Positions 1-11,286 of a stretch of 64,000 bases of DNA are shown here, piece by piece. Made by a program: the position numbers and the translations under genes. Where the stretch lies: IMG/VR virus record IMGVR_UViG_3300046513_000348, positions 154,661 through 218,660 of that record; one strand, given 5' to 3'. A model generated the notes under the pieces. The model worked only from the letters and a program-made list of their open reading frames with translations. It had not been told where the DNA came from and ran no database searches. Every line of letters starts with the position of its first letter. Position 1 is the stretch's first letter.

Positions 1-2
1 TG

Positions 3-1580
3 GTCAAGAAGTTCTTCACTCGTGCATTCGCCGAGATGGTCGAGAAGGATCTGATCGACCGCGTGAAGAACGGCCAGTACGACAACGGCGTACAGCTCGG
101 TAGCAACGAAGACTTCTACTGGCTGATGCTCACTCGCTGCATGAAGGGTCAACGTACCCAGCTGCTGTGGGTTCCGGAAGAGTTCCTGGTGTATTTCGCC
201 ATGGACTACGACGAACTGGGCTTCGGTAAGTCGCTACTCGACGACATCCGCAACATCACCAGCATGCGTATCATGCTGATGGTCGCAGGTATCCAAGCGT
301 CGCTTCGTAACTCGATCGGCCGTACCAAGGTCACGATTAAGCTGGACGAAGAAGACCAGGATGCAGGTAAGACCATCGAAGACATCCAGGACGAAATCCT
401 GAAGTCCCGAATGAATCCGATCCCGTTCGGCATCAACAACGTGGCGGATATCTCGAAGTACATGCAGCGTTCGTGCTACGAGTTCGAGATCTCGGGCAGT
501 TCGGCTTTGCCGGACATGCAGGTGTCCTTCGACCAATACAACACGCAGTATCCGAAACCGGATGAAGATCTGCAGAATCAGCTGAAGGATCTGTCGATCC
601 AGCACTTCGGCCTGACTCGCGACATGATCGATGCTGCCGAAGGCGTGGAATTCGCTATCCAGGCTGCAACCAATAACCTGATGACCATGAAGCGCGTCAT
701 GCGCTGGCAACGCAAGGTCGTCCCTCAGGCTTCGGAATTCATCCGCAAGATCTCCCTGAACAGTGAATCGCAGCTGAACAATCTGCGCGACATCATTCAG
801 AACAACTTCAAGAACTTGCAAGTTGAAAAGGTCAAGCGTTACTTCGGTATCGAAGACGAAGCCCTGATGCAAGATGAAGACTTCAAACGCCTCGTGACCG
901 AGCAGTGCCTGAACGCTTTCATCAACAACCTCTACATCGAGCTCCCATCGCCTGCGGCAAGCACGCTGGAAGCACAGAAGCAGATGTTCGAAGATGCGGC
1001 CGAGTTCTACAAGTCGGCACTCGAGTACATCGTCAACGAATCGTTCTTCGATACGTCGATCCAAGGCGAAGGCCTGTCGGACCACGTCGACATGATCAAG
1101 AACATCCTGCTGTCGCACTACATGCGCGACTACATGGCCAAGAACGGTATCCTGCCAGAACTGGCAGAGCTCACCACGATCGGCGAAGACGGCAAGACCG
1201 GTATGAATGTCATGGACTCCTTGGAGAAACACATCAAGGCTCTGGGCATGAGTACCGAGAACTTCTTTGCCCGCTTCAAAGATTTCGCCATTAAGCAGAC
1301 TGCTCTCATGCAGGCTGTTCCAGACGGTAGCACCAGTGGTGAAACCGAAACCGGTGGTGGTGGCGGTGGTTCGGATGGCGGCTCCGGCGGAGGCGATGAC
1401 TTCGGCGGTGGTGGCGATGACGATCTGTTCGGTGGTGGCGGCGGCCTCGACGATGATCCATTGGCTGGTGGCGATGGTGCTGAAGGCGGTTCGGGTGATG
1501 ATCTGGATGCTGAACCTAACGGCGCCGCTGGTCCCGACGCTCCATCGGGCGGTTCCAAGTCGGACGACGCACCTGAGTAA
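3..1580 (+). CDS. Putative portal protein (phiKZ gp129-like), 5'-truncated by the window edge
   Basis: The frame is open from the window start. Helical protein with a Gly/Asp-rich acidic C-terminal tail; resembles phiKZ-family portal C-terminal halves from memory, and context fits. Confidence 0.6.
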   Translation, partial: VKKFFTRAFAEMVEKDLIDRVKNGQYDNGVQLGSNEDFYWLMLTRCMKGQRTQLLWVPEEFLVYFAMDYDELGFGKSLLDDIRNITSMRIMLMVAGIQASLRNSIGRTKVTIKLDEEDQDAGKTIEDIQDEILKSRMNPIPFGINNVADISKYMQRSCYEFEISGSSALPDMQVSFDQYNTQYPKPDEDLQNQLKDLSIQHFGLTRDMIDAAEGVEFAIQAATNNLMTMKRVMRWQRKVVPQASEFIRKISLNSESQLNNLRDIIQNNFKNLQVEKVKRYFGIEDEALMQDEDFKRLVTEQCLNAFINNLYIELPSPAASTLEAQKQMFEDAAEFYKSALEYIVNESFFDTSIQGEGLSDHVDMIKNILLSHYMRDYMAKNGILPELAELTTIGEDGKTGMNVMDSLEKHIKALGMSTENFFARFKDFAIKQTALMQAVPDGSTSGETETGGGGGGSDGGSGGGDDFGGGGDDDLFGGGGGLDDDPLAGGDGAEGGSGDDLDAEPNGAAGPDAPSGGSKSDDAPE

Positions 1581-1599
1581 ATAAAAAACGAAAGCATAC

Positions 1600-1628
1600 T
1601 CCTACTCCTGCCTTTCGGCAGGAGTAGG
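1600..1628. terminator. Bidirectional intrinsic terminator
   Basis: CCTACTCCTGCC-TTTC-GGCAGGAGTAGG perfect hairpin between convergent genes. Confidence 0.85.
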
Positions 1629-1642
1629 TTTTATGCCGTCTA

Positions 1643-2461
1643 TTAGCCAGGGAATGCGGAAGTGGGTGGAGCAAAGTTACCACGAGCTCGTGCTACACCT
1701 TTCGTATATCGAACTTCATCGAAGTACAAATCTTTCGATTGAAGTGTCAAGGTGTAATTGTTACCGAGGTCCAGCTGACTGCTATATTGCGCACCGGTCC
1801 AATTAGGATTCGGAATCGAGAACTGACGAACGCCATTGAGGTAGCCTTCGAAGTTCTTTTTTCGCATCTGGAACAGCAGATGGACCATTCGCGTAGTCGA
1901 TAGCTGATCCCAGTAATTAACGCCTGTAGTTAAGTACGTATTCCACCATGCGGTCGGAGAGACGCCAGACAGACCTTGCATGGTGTAACATAGTGTCTTG
2001 TTCGGATCGATGTAGAAGTAAAACGACATCGGACGACCACTCGTAAAACCAGATGGCGGATAACCAGCCGTCGGGAAGGACGTAGTGAGGTCAGCAGAAT
2101 AACGATCCGTTGCAAGTGGATTGAGTGCCGTCATTGCGGCATTCTTTTTAGCGACATAGAACTCGAGAGTAAAGTCGTCATTATGGTTATTGATGTTGGG
2201 TTTCGTCGGATTACAGAAGGCGACAGCGGTCGCAGCTGCTGAAACATCGACGGCCGTGGAGCCATAGGCGACGACGGCATTAACGAATTTTGCCGAAGAA
2301 TAAATTCCAGCCGAAGCCGAGTTGCCGGTAACTTCAGCGACACCGATCGAGGCCGTGCCAGCACCCGCCTGTTGGCCAGGTGTGCCGTCCCAATGGAGAA
2401 GAAGCGAAGCTGGCGAAGAATTGTTGTAATTCTTCTGCGTTATTAGTGCTGTTTCAAGCAT
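1643..2461 (-). CDS. LamG/concanavalin A-like domain virion or tail-associated protein
   Basis: Motifs LLLHWDG, DFTLEFYV and YFDEVRYTKGVAR..NFAPPTSAF are typical of phage LamG-like domains. Confidence 0.7.
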   Translation of the reverse strand: MLETALITQKNYNNSSPASLLLHWDGTPGQQAGAGTASIGVAEVTGNSASAGIYSSAKFVNAVVAYGSTAVDVSAAATAVAFCNPTKPNINNHNDDFTLEFYVAKKNAAMTALNPLATDRYSADLTTSFPTAGYPPSGFTSGRPMSFYFYIDPNKTLCYTMQGLSGVSPTAWWNTYLTTGVNYWDQLSTTRMVHLLFQMRKKNFEGYLNGVRQFSIPNPNWTGAQYSSQLDLGNNYTLTLQSKDLYFDEVRYTKGVARARGNFAPPTSAFPG

Positions 2462-2530
2462 ATGTGCCCCGTTAGTATTTTTGAACCACAGTATCTGCCC
2501 TCATCAGCAAAGCAAAAAAAAATAAGACAT

Positions 2531-2556
2531 ACTGGATGGGCTCGCGCCCATCCAGT
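2531..2556 (-). terminator. Intrinsic terminator after the ligase gene
   Basis: ACTGGATGGGC-TCGC-GCCCATCCAGT hairpin followed by a T-tract on the minus strand. Confidence 0.85.
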
Positions 2557-2564
2557 GTCATGTG

Positions 2565-4628
<2,064 letters not shown>

Positions 4629-4647
4629 TTAGGGGTGAGTCACATGA

Positions 4648-4666
4648 ATGATATATTCGTGAAAAA
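4648..4666 (-). promoter_or_regulatory. Putative early (virion RNAP) promoter
   Basis: Minus strand TTTTTTCACGAATATATCAT. Resembles the phiKZ early consensus TATATTAC and recurs at nine intergenic sites. Confidence 0.65.
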
Positions 4667-4727
4667 ATTATGCGGCATAAAGGAATACCACGACTACGCC
4701 TTCTGGCGTAGTCGTAGATCCGGCGTA

Positions 4728-5243
4728 TTACACCGTCGGCGTTTCAGCCTTCGGCAGGGCGCTGTAGCCCATTTGCAGGACGCGGTGGAAGCGTTCCAGG
4801 TCGCGGAAGCCGGCGACCAGCAGTGCTTCTTCGTTCGTCGTTTCATGGACTTGCTTGTCGCGATTGGCGACGATCACTTCCATGACTTCGTCCAGCTTTT
4901 CGATCATGCTCGGGAACTTGTTCAGGAATTCCGGCTCGGTCTCGTAGTCGATGACAGTGCGGGAAGCGATGATCAGGTCGGTCAGACGATTGATCGAGCG
5001 GTCCAGGAACTGCAGGCGCATCTGGATTTCGGCGCCGGCTGGCGGCTGGCCCGGCAGCGGGGCGATCTTCGATTGCAAGGCCTTGGCCATTTCTTGCATT
5101 TGCACGAAGCGCAGGTCGACGGCTTCTTCCAGGGTCTGGATATAGACCGGCAGGACTGCTTTCACGTCGGCGACGGTGGTCTTCTTTTTGATGATCGGCT
5201 GCGGCTTAGCGGCGGACAGATCGATGAGGCTGCTTTGAGTCAT
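4728..5243 (-). CDS. Hypothetical protein
   Basis: ORF with phage codon bias; likely start MTQSS after AGGAG. Confidence 0.7.
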   Translation of the reverse strand: MTQSSLIDLSAAKPQPIIKKKTTVADVKAVLPVYIQTLEEAVDLRFVQMQEMAKALQSKIAPLPGQPPAGAEIQMRLQFLDRSINRLTDLIIASRTVIDYETEPEFLNKFPSMIEKLDEVMEVIVANRDKQVHETTNEEALLVAGFRDLERFHRVLQMGYSALPKAETPTV

Positions 5244-5508
5244 TCTGAGGCTCCTGTTGCTTTTGAAAGTGTCGCATTCTCTTGATGAGTTTGCGGTTGA
5301 AACGTCCGAGTACGGCTGCCCAGTGTTCATTGGGAACCATCTCGAACATTAAACGTGTCGCTTGAGCATGCTGATGCAATGCCGCTGCGACGGTGGGTGC
5401 TTCGTGAAATGGAAAGCGTCGGAGGATCGTGTGTTCCTGATCCGAATTGTGAATCTGCTTGAGAGTCACATCCAGATCAGGAATGCCTCCAATAAGGCCG
5501 CGCTTCAT
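5206..5508 (-). CDS. Hypothetical protein
   Basis: Fills the gap in a minus-strand operon. Confidence 0.5.
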   Translation of the reverse strand: MKRGLIGGIPDLDVTLKQIHNSDQEHTILRRFPFHEAPTVAAALHQHAQATRLMFEMVPNEHWAAVLGRFNRKLIKRMRHFQKQQEPQNDSKQPHRSVRR

Positions 5509-5511
5509 GGC

Positions 5512-6249
5512 TTAGTGGAACACCGGCTTGTCGTCGGCTTCAGCCGGCTTGACTTCGTCGGCGATCAGCTTGGTGCCTTCTTCCAGACGCTTGTTGTGGA
5601 ACGGGATGTCGACCAGCAGGAACTCGATGATCGAGTCGCGAATGCGGTTGACGATGAAGGTCTTCATGTAGCCTGTGCGCCTCGATACGGCGCCCCATTC
5701 TTGTGCCAAGCTCTGGAGATGCTCGGTCAGTTCGAACGAACTGCGCGGCGGCAGCTTTTTATTCGGAATGACGACGTTGATGTCTTCGTAGATCGTGTCG
5801 ACGTAACGATGGCGGTACGATTCCAGATTGAATTGAATCATATCGATGTTCCAGCGCTCGACTTCTTCCGGCATCATCGACTCGAAGTAGTACATGAAGT
5901 TCGACACCGACAGAACGACCACCTGACGGATACGACGCAGCTCGGCGTTGATCATCTTGTCCGTGGGGTACTTCGGATCAGTGGTCTCGCCTTCGGCCGT
6001 CAGGTAGGCCTGACTCAGGAAACCCTTGAACTGCATTTCGGCCATTTTAGCCATGCGCTGAGCGCTCTTCGGACCTTGGGCCAGCAGGGTAGCGTTGTAG
6101 CGGCTACCGCCTTCCTTGTTCTGATCGTAGATGCGTTTCTGCCAGTAGAAGTTCTGGCGGATTTGCTCGAGGCCGAACAAAGCCTTTTCTTCGAGCGTAC
6201 CGTTGGCTGGGTACGGATCGTGGTTGTCGAGATCGGGAGGACCAAACAT
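5512..6249 (-). CDS. Hypothetical protein
   Basis: ORF with AAGGA Shine-Dalgarno and phage codon bias. Confidence 0.75.
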   Translation of the reverse strand: MFGPPDLDNHDPYPANGTLEEKALFGLEQIRQNFYWQKRIYDQNKEGGSRYNATLLAQGPKSAQRMAKMAEMQFKGFLSQAYLTAEGETTDPKYPTDKMINAELRRIRQVVVLSVSNFMYYFESMMPEEVERWNIDMIQFNLESYRHRYVDTIYEDINVVIPNKKLPPRSSFELTEHLQSLAQEWGAVSRRTGYMKTFIVNRIRDSIIEFLLVDIPFHNKRLEEGTKLIADEVKPAEADDKPVFH

Positions 6250-6258
6250 GTTCGTTCC

Positions 6259-6609
6259 TTAAAAATAGTTTTCAAAAGGGAATTCGTGCATCGGATGGGA
6301 TTCAACCTGGACGGCCTTTTCCTTGATGAATGCAACTTGACCATCCGGCAGAACAATGTGTTCATTCGAATCGTAGACGGCGATGTGGAAGCCGTACTCA
6401 CGCAGAAGAACAAAGCTCTGAATCGCACCCATCAGAAGTTCAGGCGATTCGAAAGCGTAATGGTGCGGTGCGCCGCAGCGGAGCCCTTCGCACATGTCTT
6501 GCGGCTCCTTCAGGTAGACCATTGCATCAGATGCGAAACGGCCTGGCCCTGCATTGTGGGTGAAGGGACCCTGACCCGAGACCGGATGTTCAATCCGGAA
6601 GACCTTCAT
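6259..6609 (-). CDS. Conserved phage hypothetical protein (VFRIE..GQGPF type)
   Basis: Likely start MKVFRIEHPVSGQGPF overlaps the upstream stop codon (ATGA). Confidence 0.65.
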   Translation of the reverse strand: MKVFRIEHPVSGQGPFTHNAGPGRFASDAMVYLKEPQDMCEGLRCGAPHHYAFESPELLMGAIQSFVLLREYGFHIAVYDSNEHIVLPDGQVAFIKEKAVQVESHPMHEFPFENYF

Positions 6610-7142
6610 GAGTTCAAAGCTCGTTTCGATCTTCTTGGGTTTTGTTGCACCTGCATTGTGTTGCTGGGATCTTGCAGCTGCCTGGCGGCGGAGACGACCT
6701 CGGAGTCCACGCATAGCTGCTCGGCGTTCAGCACGATTTCCTTCCATGTTTTCAAATCCTCACTTAAGATGAAGCAAAGCGGAAGTTGCGCAAGGCGCAT
6801 CTTGGCGTCGTGTAACGGAACATAAATGTCCGAGTACACAAACTGCACGTTCTTCCCATTCACTTCGAGCACAGACGACAACAGGTGATAGACCTGGATC
6901 TTTTCCTGCGGTTTGCCGTGCATGTTCGCCAGGGCGTAACGGTTCTGAGAAATCAACTGATGGCGGGCCAACAGTGCGTTCATCATGATGACGCGGTTAT
7001 CATCGTCGCCGTGTCGCCGGGCTACTTCGTTGTATAAATCCTGCAAGAGCTGGTGGCCCCAGTCATAAATGCCAAATGGCAAGCAGGCGATGCTTTGTTG
7101 AAATGGACTGATGTCCAGTAGTTGAACTGTTTTGTTTGTCAT
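6606..7142 (-). CDS. Hypothetical protein
   Basis: ORF with GGAG Shine-Dalgarno. Confidence 0.7.
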   Translation of the reverse strand: MTNKTVQLLDISPFQQSIACLPFGIYDWGHQLLQDLYNEVARRHGDDDNRVIMMNALLARHQLISQNRYALANMHGKPQEKIQVYHLLSSVLEVNGKNVQFVYSDIYVPLHDAKMRLAQLPLCFILSEDLKTWKEIVLNAEQLCVDSEVVSAARQLQDPSNTMQVQQNPRRSKRALNS

Positions 7143-7197
7143 GTCAGTCCGCTCCGAAATGAGGAGACACAGGCCTCCTCATTATTCCTTTCAGTTG

Positions 7198-8436
7198 TTA
7201 ATTTTTATCGTTTTTCTCCCCGTCGAGGCGAACTTGGGTAACGTTCAGTTCCGCTTGGGGAACGATCACGTTATTGTAGTGTTCGAGTTGCATCTCTTCG
7301 TTCTGTTTGAAACGGAACTCTTCACGCATGCGAATGTTCCCGCCGGTTTGCAGGAGATGTTCCACGACCAGATACTCGTAGTAGCCGAGATGATGCCAGA
7401 TCGCAACAGCGTCCCATGCAGCGTTATGCTGTTTGGCATCTTTGAGTCGGGTCGGATAGCCGTCGACGTAATCGATGTGGAATTGGAACTTCTTCATGCA
7501 ACCGATACGGACACCCATGCCCAAGTGCAGCAGAGGGGCGATGTAGCCGACATCGGTGGGGAAATCGACGTGGACAACAACATCGTCGCAGCCCTTCGTG
7601 CATTCGTGACCGATGACGAATTGCAGGAAGTTCTGGAAAGTATCGTTCTTGGCAGCCAGATCCCAGACAGTGGTACCCGGAGGAACGTCGAGCAGAACGC
7701 TGTTGACGTTTTGCTGGATCCATTCGTTCTTGGTTTTCTCTGCTTCGCGCGAATCGAATGCATAGTAAACCTTGCCTTCCTTGGACACAATGCCCAAGGA
7801 GATGAGTGAACGCGTTTCGTCGTCGAACTCGCAGTCAGCGAACAGATGGACCGTCGTGATTGCCGTCTTTGGACGAATGACTTCACCATCGACACCGAGA
7901 TACGCCCAGCCCACGATCTTTCTCACTTCGTGAGGCATGAAGTAGCGCTCGCGCTCGATGTCGTCCCGACCGAATTTGACGCGACCTTTAGCCGTCAGAT
8001 CGCCCAGGAGATGAGCACCGCGCAACAGTTCCAGGAAAACAATCTCGGTTCTCGTACCACCGCCTTCGAAAGACATTTCGTGTTTGACGAACATCCCTTC
8101 AGCTGGAGTAGGACGACCTTCGAAACAGACGACGATCGGAGTGTCGGTCGGCGGCCAGTAATCGAGGATGACTTCTTTCGGGTTCGCATTGGAACGAATG
8201 ACCGCCCAGTCCTTCTGCATTTCTTCATGCTGCATGACGTTCATCGGCGTCTTGCCCATGAGATACAAACCGTATGTCACGCCGTGGAATTCTTCGGGCG
8301 GAAACACGACCGGATGTTTCTGTTCCAATGTGAAGACGGGCTTCCGGTCACGTTGTGGATCAGAGATCTTCAGCACGAAGTCGGGATGCGGTACTCCCGA
8401 CATTTGTTTGAATGCCTGTAATGCATTTTTCAACAT
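7198..8436 (-). CDS. DEDDh 3'-5' exo(ribo)nuclease (RNase AS / Rv2179c-like) with an unknown N-terminal domain
   Basis: C-terminal half has LFADCEF..LISLGIV, W+..NV and HNAAWDA motifs; likely start MLKNAL. Confidence 0.75.
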   Translation of the reverse strand: MLKNALQAFKQMSGVPHPDFVLKISDPQRDRKPVFTLEQKHPVVFPPEEFHGVTYGLYLMGKTPMNVMQHEEMQKDWAVIRSNANPKEVILDYWPPTDTPIVVCFEGRPTPAEGMFVKHEMSFEGGGTRTEIVFLELLRGAHLLGDLTAKGRVKFGRDDIERERYFMPHEVRKIVGWAYLGVDGEVIRPKTAITTVHLFADCEFDDETRSLISLGIVSKEGKVYYAFDSREAEKTKNEWIQQNVNSVLLDVPPGTTVWDLAAKNDTFQNFLQFVIGHECTKGCDDVVVHVDFPTDVGYIAPLLHLGMGVRIGCMKKFQFHIDYVDGYPTRLKDAKQHNAAWDAVAIWHHLGYYEYLVVEHLLQTGGNIRMREEFRFKQNEEMQLEHYNNVIVPQAELNVTQVRLDGEKNDKN

Positions 8437-8500
8437 TGTAAAAAATCCCCAAGTAATAAAAATAAAAGCAGAGGTGGGTTTCCCCACCCCTGCCGCCTTC

Positions 8501-9958
8501 TTACTGCTGTTCTGCTGCTTCCTGCAGGCTGTCGAGAATCTCAGCGACGTCTTCTTCGGTGAGATAACCGTAGTCGTGCAGGTTCTGTACCAGGTCGCCC
8601 CAGTAAACAGTCGGCTCGTATTCGGCCTTTCCCGAGATCTGCACGTTGGGCATACCGAACTGGCGATAATCGATCAGGTAATCGATTTCGGTGTCGTTGA
8701 AGTTACCCTGCTTTTCCTTGTCGACCAGATCGACGTCTTCATCACGGATGACACCGTCGGCCCACATTGCACGACAGGTGCCTTCCGGATTGCAGCCAGC
8801 GCCGTTCAGGAAGTCGAGCATTTCCTGACGCTCCTGGCCTTCGCGGAAGGTCAGCAGGAAGATGCGGTGGCCGTTCTTCTGGAGTGCCTTCAGCACGCCG
8901 ATGGCATACGGCGATTCAGGTCCGATGTTCGGACGCTGGTTCTCGACGATAGTGCCGTCGAACGACACGAGGAAAACAGCCGGCTCGTTATCGTCGGCAG
9001 CCAGGTCGGCTTCTTCAGCGCCTTCCAGACCGCTCAGTTCCTGGATTGCAGCAGCACGGCCGAGGTTTTCGAATTCCTCGCCGAAGTGCAGCTTGACCCA
9101 GTCGAACAGGTGCATGTCCGTCTTGCCTTCCTTGACCGCGGCCGAGTGGTATGCCTGGGCTTCGGCCTTCTTGAAGGTGACCATGGCTTCGACATATTCG
9201 TCGTCCGGCAGGGCGTCGATGCCTTCCAGATCATGCAGTGCCTTCATGTGCACGCCCTGGACTTCGGTCATCCACTGGTCGAACGAAGCGGTGTCGACAT
9301 GTTCCCACTTCTTGTACAGTTCTTCCAGTTTGTCGCGGTTCTCCTCGATGGTGTTGCGAACCAGCTGGCGACCTGCACGAGTGGTCAGTGGGATGTCTTT
9401 CAGCTGCACGCGCGGCTTCTCGACTTCCGGCTCGATAGGATCGACGTTGTCGGTCCAGTTGACCATGTCGTAGTCCCACTTCTTCAGGACATTCGTTTCG
9501 GCAAATTCCTGATTGGTCACGATGGTCAGGCGCCCGGCCAGTGTGTTATGGGCGAACAGGTCCGGATTCGACAGCAAGGTCATGCGGAGCACCGGCAGAT
9601 CCGGGTTTTCCTTGAACTGGTCGTCGATGAATGCCTGCAGGTCGCCGAAGATCACTTCGAGGACTTGCTGATTCAAGGCGATCATGACGCCGAAGCGTTC
9701 GGTTGCGGTATCGTGACCACCTTTCATGCCGACGTAGGTGATGGCGTTGTTCTCGACCAGGTAGAACTCTCTCGGCTGGTTTTCACCGAACAGGCGCTTC
9801 AGGTCGGACTGGCGGAATGCCGCCAGAATGTGGCGCTGGCTGTATTCGGGTTCCTGGATCAGCAGGGAGATGTGTTGCTGGATCTTGATGTGTTGATCCA
9901 GTGCTGCGGCCGGGCACATGACCTTGGCGCGGGCGAGGACGACGGGTTGGTTGTTCAT
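8501..9958 (-). CDS. Multi-domain protein with a C-terminal degenerate HAD (BT0820-like) domain
   Basis: VSFDGTIVEN.RPNIG..AIGVLKAL..GHRIFLLTFR..YLIDYR; catalytic Asp residues are substituted. Confidence 0.7.
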   Translation of the reverse strand: MNNQPVVLARAKVMCPAAALDQHIKIQQHISLLIQEPEYSQRHILAAFRQSDLKRLFGENQPREFYLVENNAITYVGMKGGHDTATERFGVMIALNQQVLEVIFGDLQAFIDDQFKENPDLPVLRMTLLSNPDLFAHNTLAGRLTIVTNQEFAETNVLKKWDYDMVNWTDNVDPIEPEVEKPRVQLKDIPLTTRAGRQLVRNTIEENRDKLEELYKKWEHVDTASFDQWMTEVQGVHMKALHDLEGIDALPDDEYVEAMVTFKKAEAQAYHSAAVKEGKTDMHLFDWVKLHFGEEFENLGRAAAIQELSGLEGAEEADLAADDNEPAVFLVSFDGTIVENQRPNIGPESPYAIGVLKALQKNGHRIFLLTFREGQERQEMLDFLNGAGCNPEGTCRAMWADGVIRDEDVDLVDKEKQGNFNDTEIDYLIDYRQFGMPNVQISGKAEYEPTVYWGDLVQNLHDYGYLTEEDVAEILDSLQEAAEQQ

Positions 9959-9961
9959 GCT

Positions 9962-10708
9962 TTATACCTCTTCGTTATATTTGGCAAAGTTGACTTGCAA
10001 CGGGGGATAGTGATTTTGGGAATGGTAGAACATTGTGACCGCATTCCAAGCGGGACGGAAACGCGCGATTGCTTTCGGATCGAATCGCTGGAACTGCACT
10101 TGGTAGTGCAGCGTAGTCGTCTCGTCTTCGAGACCAATGCTGCGCCGCTTGATGTCGACTTCATCGGTTACCGTGACGAGGATCATGCCCATCACGTTAC
10201 CGTAAGCGACCATCCAGGCCGCCTGGTCTTCGTTCAGATGCTGCAATGGTTGCTGCATGTGCATCTTGACGACTTCTGCCATGTCGGCGAAGCATGGGTA
10301 GAAGTGTTGCGGATACTGCTCCTGTTCTTCAGGCGTCAGCGATTGACGGCCGGTACCAGGATCTGCGCCGATGTAACGGAAGAAGAAGTCCGGGTCATCC
10401 ATCGCCATCATGCTGATGGTTTGGAATTCAACGAACTGGTCTTCCGGATGAAGCCACTTCAGATCGGTACCGAAGTCCGGTCCCAGTACCGATTCAGGCT
10501 CAGGGAGCCCAACCGCAAACGGTACTTTCTTCTGAAGTTCTTCGACAACCTTCGGATTACTCAGGTCGAGTTCGGTAACAATTGCCGGATCGACAGGTCC
10601 GGTCTTTCCATGGACGTTTCCGTTGCGATGAACGTGACGTTCGAAATCGTTTTGCTTTCCCCACAAGCGTTGGAAAAGTTTGCTCAGTAATGCGGTGAGC
10701 TTTTTCAT
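9962..10708 (-). CDS. Hypothetical protein
   Basis: ORF in operon with ATGA overlap. Confidence 0.7.
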   Translation of the reverse strand: MKKLTALLSKLFQRLWGKQNDFERHVHRNGNVHGKTGPVDPAIVTELDLSNPKVVEELQKKVPFAVGLPEPESVLGPDFGTDLKWLHPEDQFVEFQTISMMAMDDPDFFFRYIGADPGTGRQSLTPEEQEQYPQHFYPCFADMAEVVKMHMQQPLQHLNEDQAAWMVAYGNVMGMILVTVTDEVDIKRRSIGLEDETTTLHYQVQFQRFDPKAIARFRPAWNAVTMFYHSQNHYPPLQVNFAKYNEEV

Positions 10709-11115
10709 GCAGTATTCCTTTTCAGATACTTTTTGATGTTGTCCGGCAGATCGTAAATGAATTGACCATTCTTGATCCCGGTGATGTGGATATTGCTGTC
10801 ATGACACAGCGCGAACAAATCCCAATAATTGTTCGCCCAATTGTAGAAGACTGTCTCCAGAGCTTTCTGCGCTTCAATGAGCGCTTCTCGTCCTTCCGAC
10901 GGCGGACGAAGCTCTGCCAGTTTTTCAGTCAGAAGCTTCTCGAGCTCGGTAGCCGATTCACGACGTTTCGCATTGTCGCGATCGATCCGAGATTGAACCT
11001 GCTTTCTTTTTTCCCTGTCGCTTTTAGATCCTCGGATAGAACGAACTATCAGCCAGATCGACCCTACCCCTACGGTCGCAAAGCAAAAACTAACTGCATA
11101 ATGCAGGTTGGACAT
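10705..11115 (-). CDS. Hypothetical membrane-anchored protein
   Basis: N-terminal hydrophobic helix followed by a basic coiled segment; GAGGA Shine-Dalgarno. Confidence 0.65.
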   Translation of the reverse strand: MSNLHYAVSFCFATVGVGSIWLIVRSIRGSKSDREKRKQVQSRIDRDNAKRRESATELEKLLTEKLAELRPPSEGREALIEAQKALETVFYNWANNYWDLFALCHDSNIHITGIKNGQFIYDLPDNIKKYLKRNTA

Positions 11116-11209
11116 CTCTTCCTCTTATTTAGTCTCGTATTGTAAAAATGGCTACCATTGGGCATGGAAAAACCTTGATGACCTAACATTGGGACTGAAG
11201 GTCATAAAG

Positions 11210-11229
11210 ATGATATATTGATGTAAATT
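11210..11229 (-). promoter_or_regulatory. Putative early promoter
   Basis: Minus strand AATTTACATCAATATATCAT. Confidence 0.65.
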
Positions 11230-11286
11230 TATACGTGACGAGAGCCTGATCGTATGTCATGTAACAATAAACTGGACCTTACGGCT

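Noticed and set aside
1330-1580. GGT/GGC-rich repeat region
   Set aside because: Simply encodes the Gly/Asp-rich disordered tail of the putative portal protein.
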